The notes under the pieces: generated by a model
What the model was told of the DNA's origin: nothing
The model's database searches: none
What the model saw: only the letters and a program-made list of their open reading frames with translations
Made by a program: the position numbers and the translations under genes
Part shown: positions 63,586 through 64,000 of the stretch, piece after piece
Position numbering within the stretch: the first letter of the stretch is position 1
How the letters are laid out: the number at the start of each line of letters is the position of its first letter
From: Candidatus Pacearchaeota archaeon
GTDB lineage: Archaea > Nanobdellota > Nanobdellia > Pacearchaeales > GW2011-AR1
DNA length: 64,000 nucleotides
Assembly (NCBI GenBank): GCA_017609285.1
Contig: JAFCEE010000001.1
Coordinates: forward strand, 18,475 to 82,474
Direction: 5' to 3'

Positions 63586-64000
63586 ATGGAAAAAGAAAAA
63601 AAACAGGATGAAGAAAAAGAAAAAATTGAAGATAAAAAAGCAGAAGAAAAAGTAGTTGAAACTAAAGATAATAAGAAAGTAAAAAAAGATGAAGGAAAAG
63701 CAGAAGAAGGGAGAAAAAGTGAAGAAGTAAAGAGAAAAGAAGTGAAAGAAAGGGAAAGAGAAAAGAAAATAGAGAGGAAAGAAGAGGCAAAAGCAAGAGG
63801 AAAAGACCTAAGCATTAGTACAAAACATTCTGTAGCTATATGCAGGTTTATCAAGAATAAAAGAATAGAGAAAGCTATAGTTGATTTAGAACAAGTAATC
63901 AAAAGAAAAAAAGCAGTTCCAATGAAAGGCGAGATACCTCATCGTAAAGGAAAAGGTATGGAAAGAGGAAGATATCCTGTAAAGGCTTGTAAGGCATTTA
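63586..64000 (+). CDS. rpl22: 50S ribosomal protein L22 (uL22), 5' partial in window, with N-terminal K/E-rich extension
   Basis: After about 70 aa of K/E-rich low complexity, the uL22 core begins: ARGKDLSISTKHSVAICRFIKNKRIEKAIVDLEQVI...GRYPVKA. Continues beyond the window end. Confidence 0.7.
   Translation, partial: MEKEKKQDEEKEKIEDKKAEEKVVETKDNKKVKKDEGKAEEGRKSEEVKRKEVKEREREKKIERKEEAKARGKDLSISTKHSVAICRFIKNKRIEKAIVDLEQVIKRKKAVPMKGEIPHRKGKGMERGRYPVKACKAF

Noticed and set aside
63576-63902. 108-aa minus-strand ORF
   Set aside because: Antisense to the K/E-rich N-terminal extension of uL22; the S/F/L-rich product is a compositional artefact.
1-64000. Search for a CRISPR array, integrase/transposase or prophage structural genes
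   Set aside because: No regularly spaced direct repeats of 24-40 nt were seen. No recombinase, transposase or capsid-like ORF was recognised. The only repeats found are the three gene-end copies (23757-26360) and the paralogous genes of the adhesin locus.

Overview
This 64-kb window is AT-rich (roughly 30% GC by eye), gene-dense archaeal chromosome, most likely from a DPANN-type archaeon. The lineage call rests on an archaeal histone, Hjc, PCNA, a primase in which the PriS catalytic subunit is fused to a PriL-like Fe-S C-terminus, aIF5A, Spt5, SecE, eukaryote/archaea-specific r-proteins (L37ae, L40e, P0, P1, RpoP), an intron-containing tRNA and AMP phosphorylase.

Housekeeping blocks: acyP-lysS-histone-hjc (1-2.6 kb); the primase-HD-Cas4-like operon divergent from PCNA (10.5-13.9 kb); SepF, prefoldin, RpoP, L37ae, tRNA-Pro, L11, Spt5, SecE and FtsZ (41-46.5 kb); FKBP, aIF5A, L40e and a site-2 protease (46.5-49.2 kb); tRNA-Ala, Taw1, L1-P0-P1 and an intron-containing tRNA-Ser (49.3-53.4 kb); a CPA2 antiporter, AMP phosphorylase, an AI-2E transporter and the start of the L3-L4-L23-L2-S19-L22 ribosomal operon (54-64 kb).

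Between these blocks the window is dominated by surface and accessory material:
- Two Cys-rich secreted proteins sharing a juxtamembrane Cys module (7.2-10.3 kb).
- A tandemly duplicated module of a winged-helix regulator, a class-III-signal-peptide pilin-like protein and a giant Cys-rich multi-TM protein (13.9-23.9 kb). One copy is a single 1237-aa gene and the other is split into 544-aa and 931-aa genes.
- A small island (23.9-28.9 kb) bounded by repeated copies of the giant gene's 3' end. It carries a MazF/PemK toxin-antitoxin pair, interrupted genes and a radical-SAM/nucleotidyltransferase/amidohydrolase cassette.
- A four-gene operon of further class-III-signal-peptide (type IV pilin-like) proteins (28.9-31.4 kb).
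- A highly expressed-looking S-layer gene with a long structured 5' UTR (32.2-34.6 kb).

No CRISPR array, integrase or transposase was recognised. The most interesting candidate system is the duplicated pilin-like plus giant Cys-rich surface-protein locus, which has homopolymeric G/C tracts inside its coding sequence (possible phase variation) and trailing 3'-end gene fragments.
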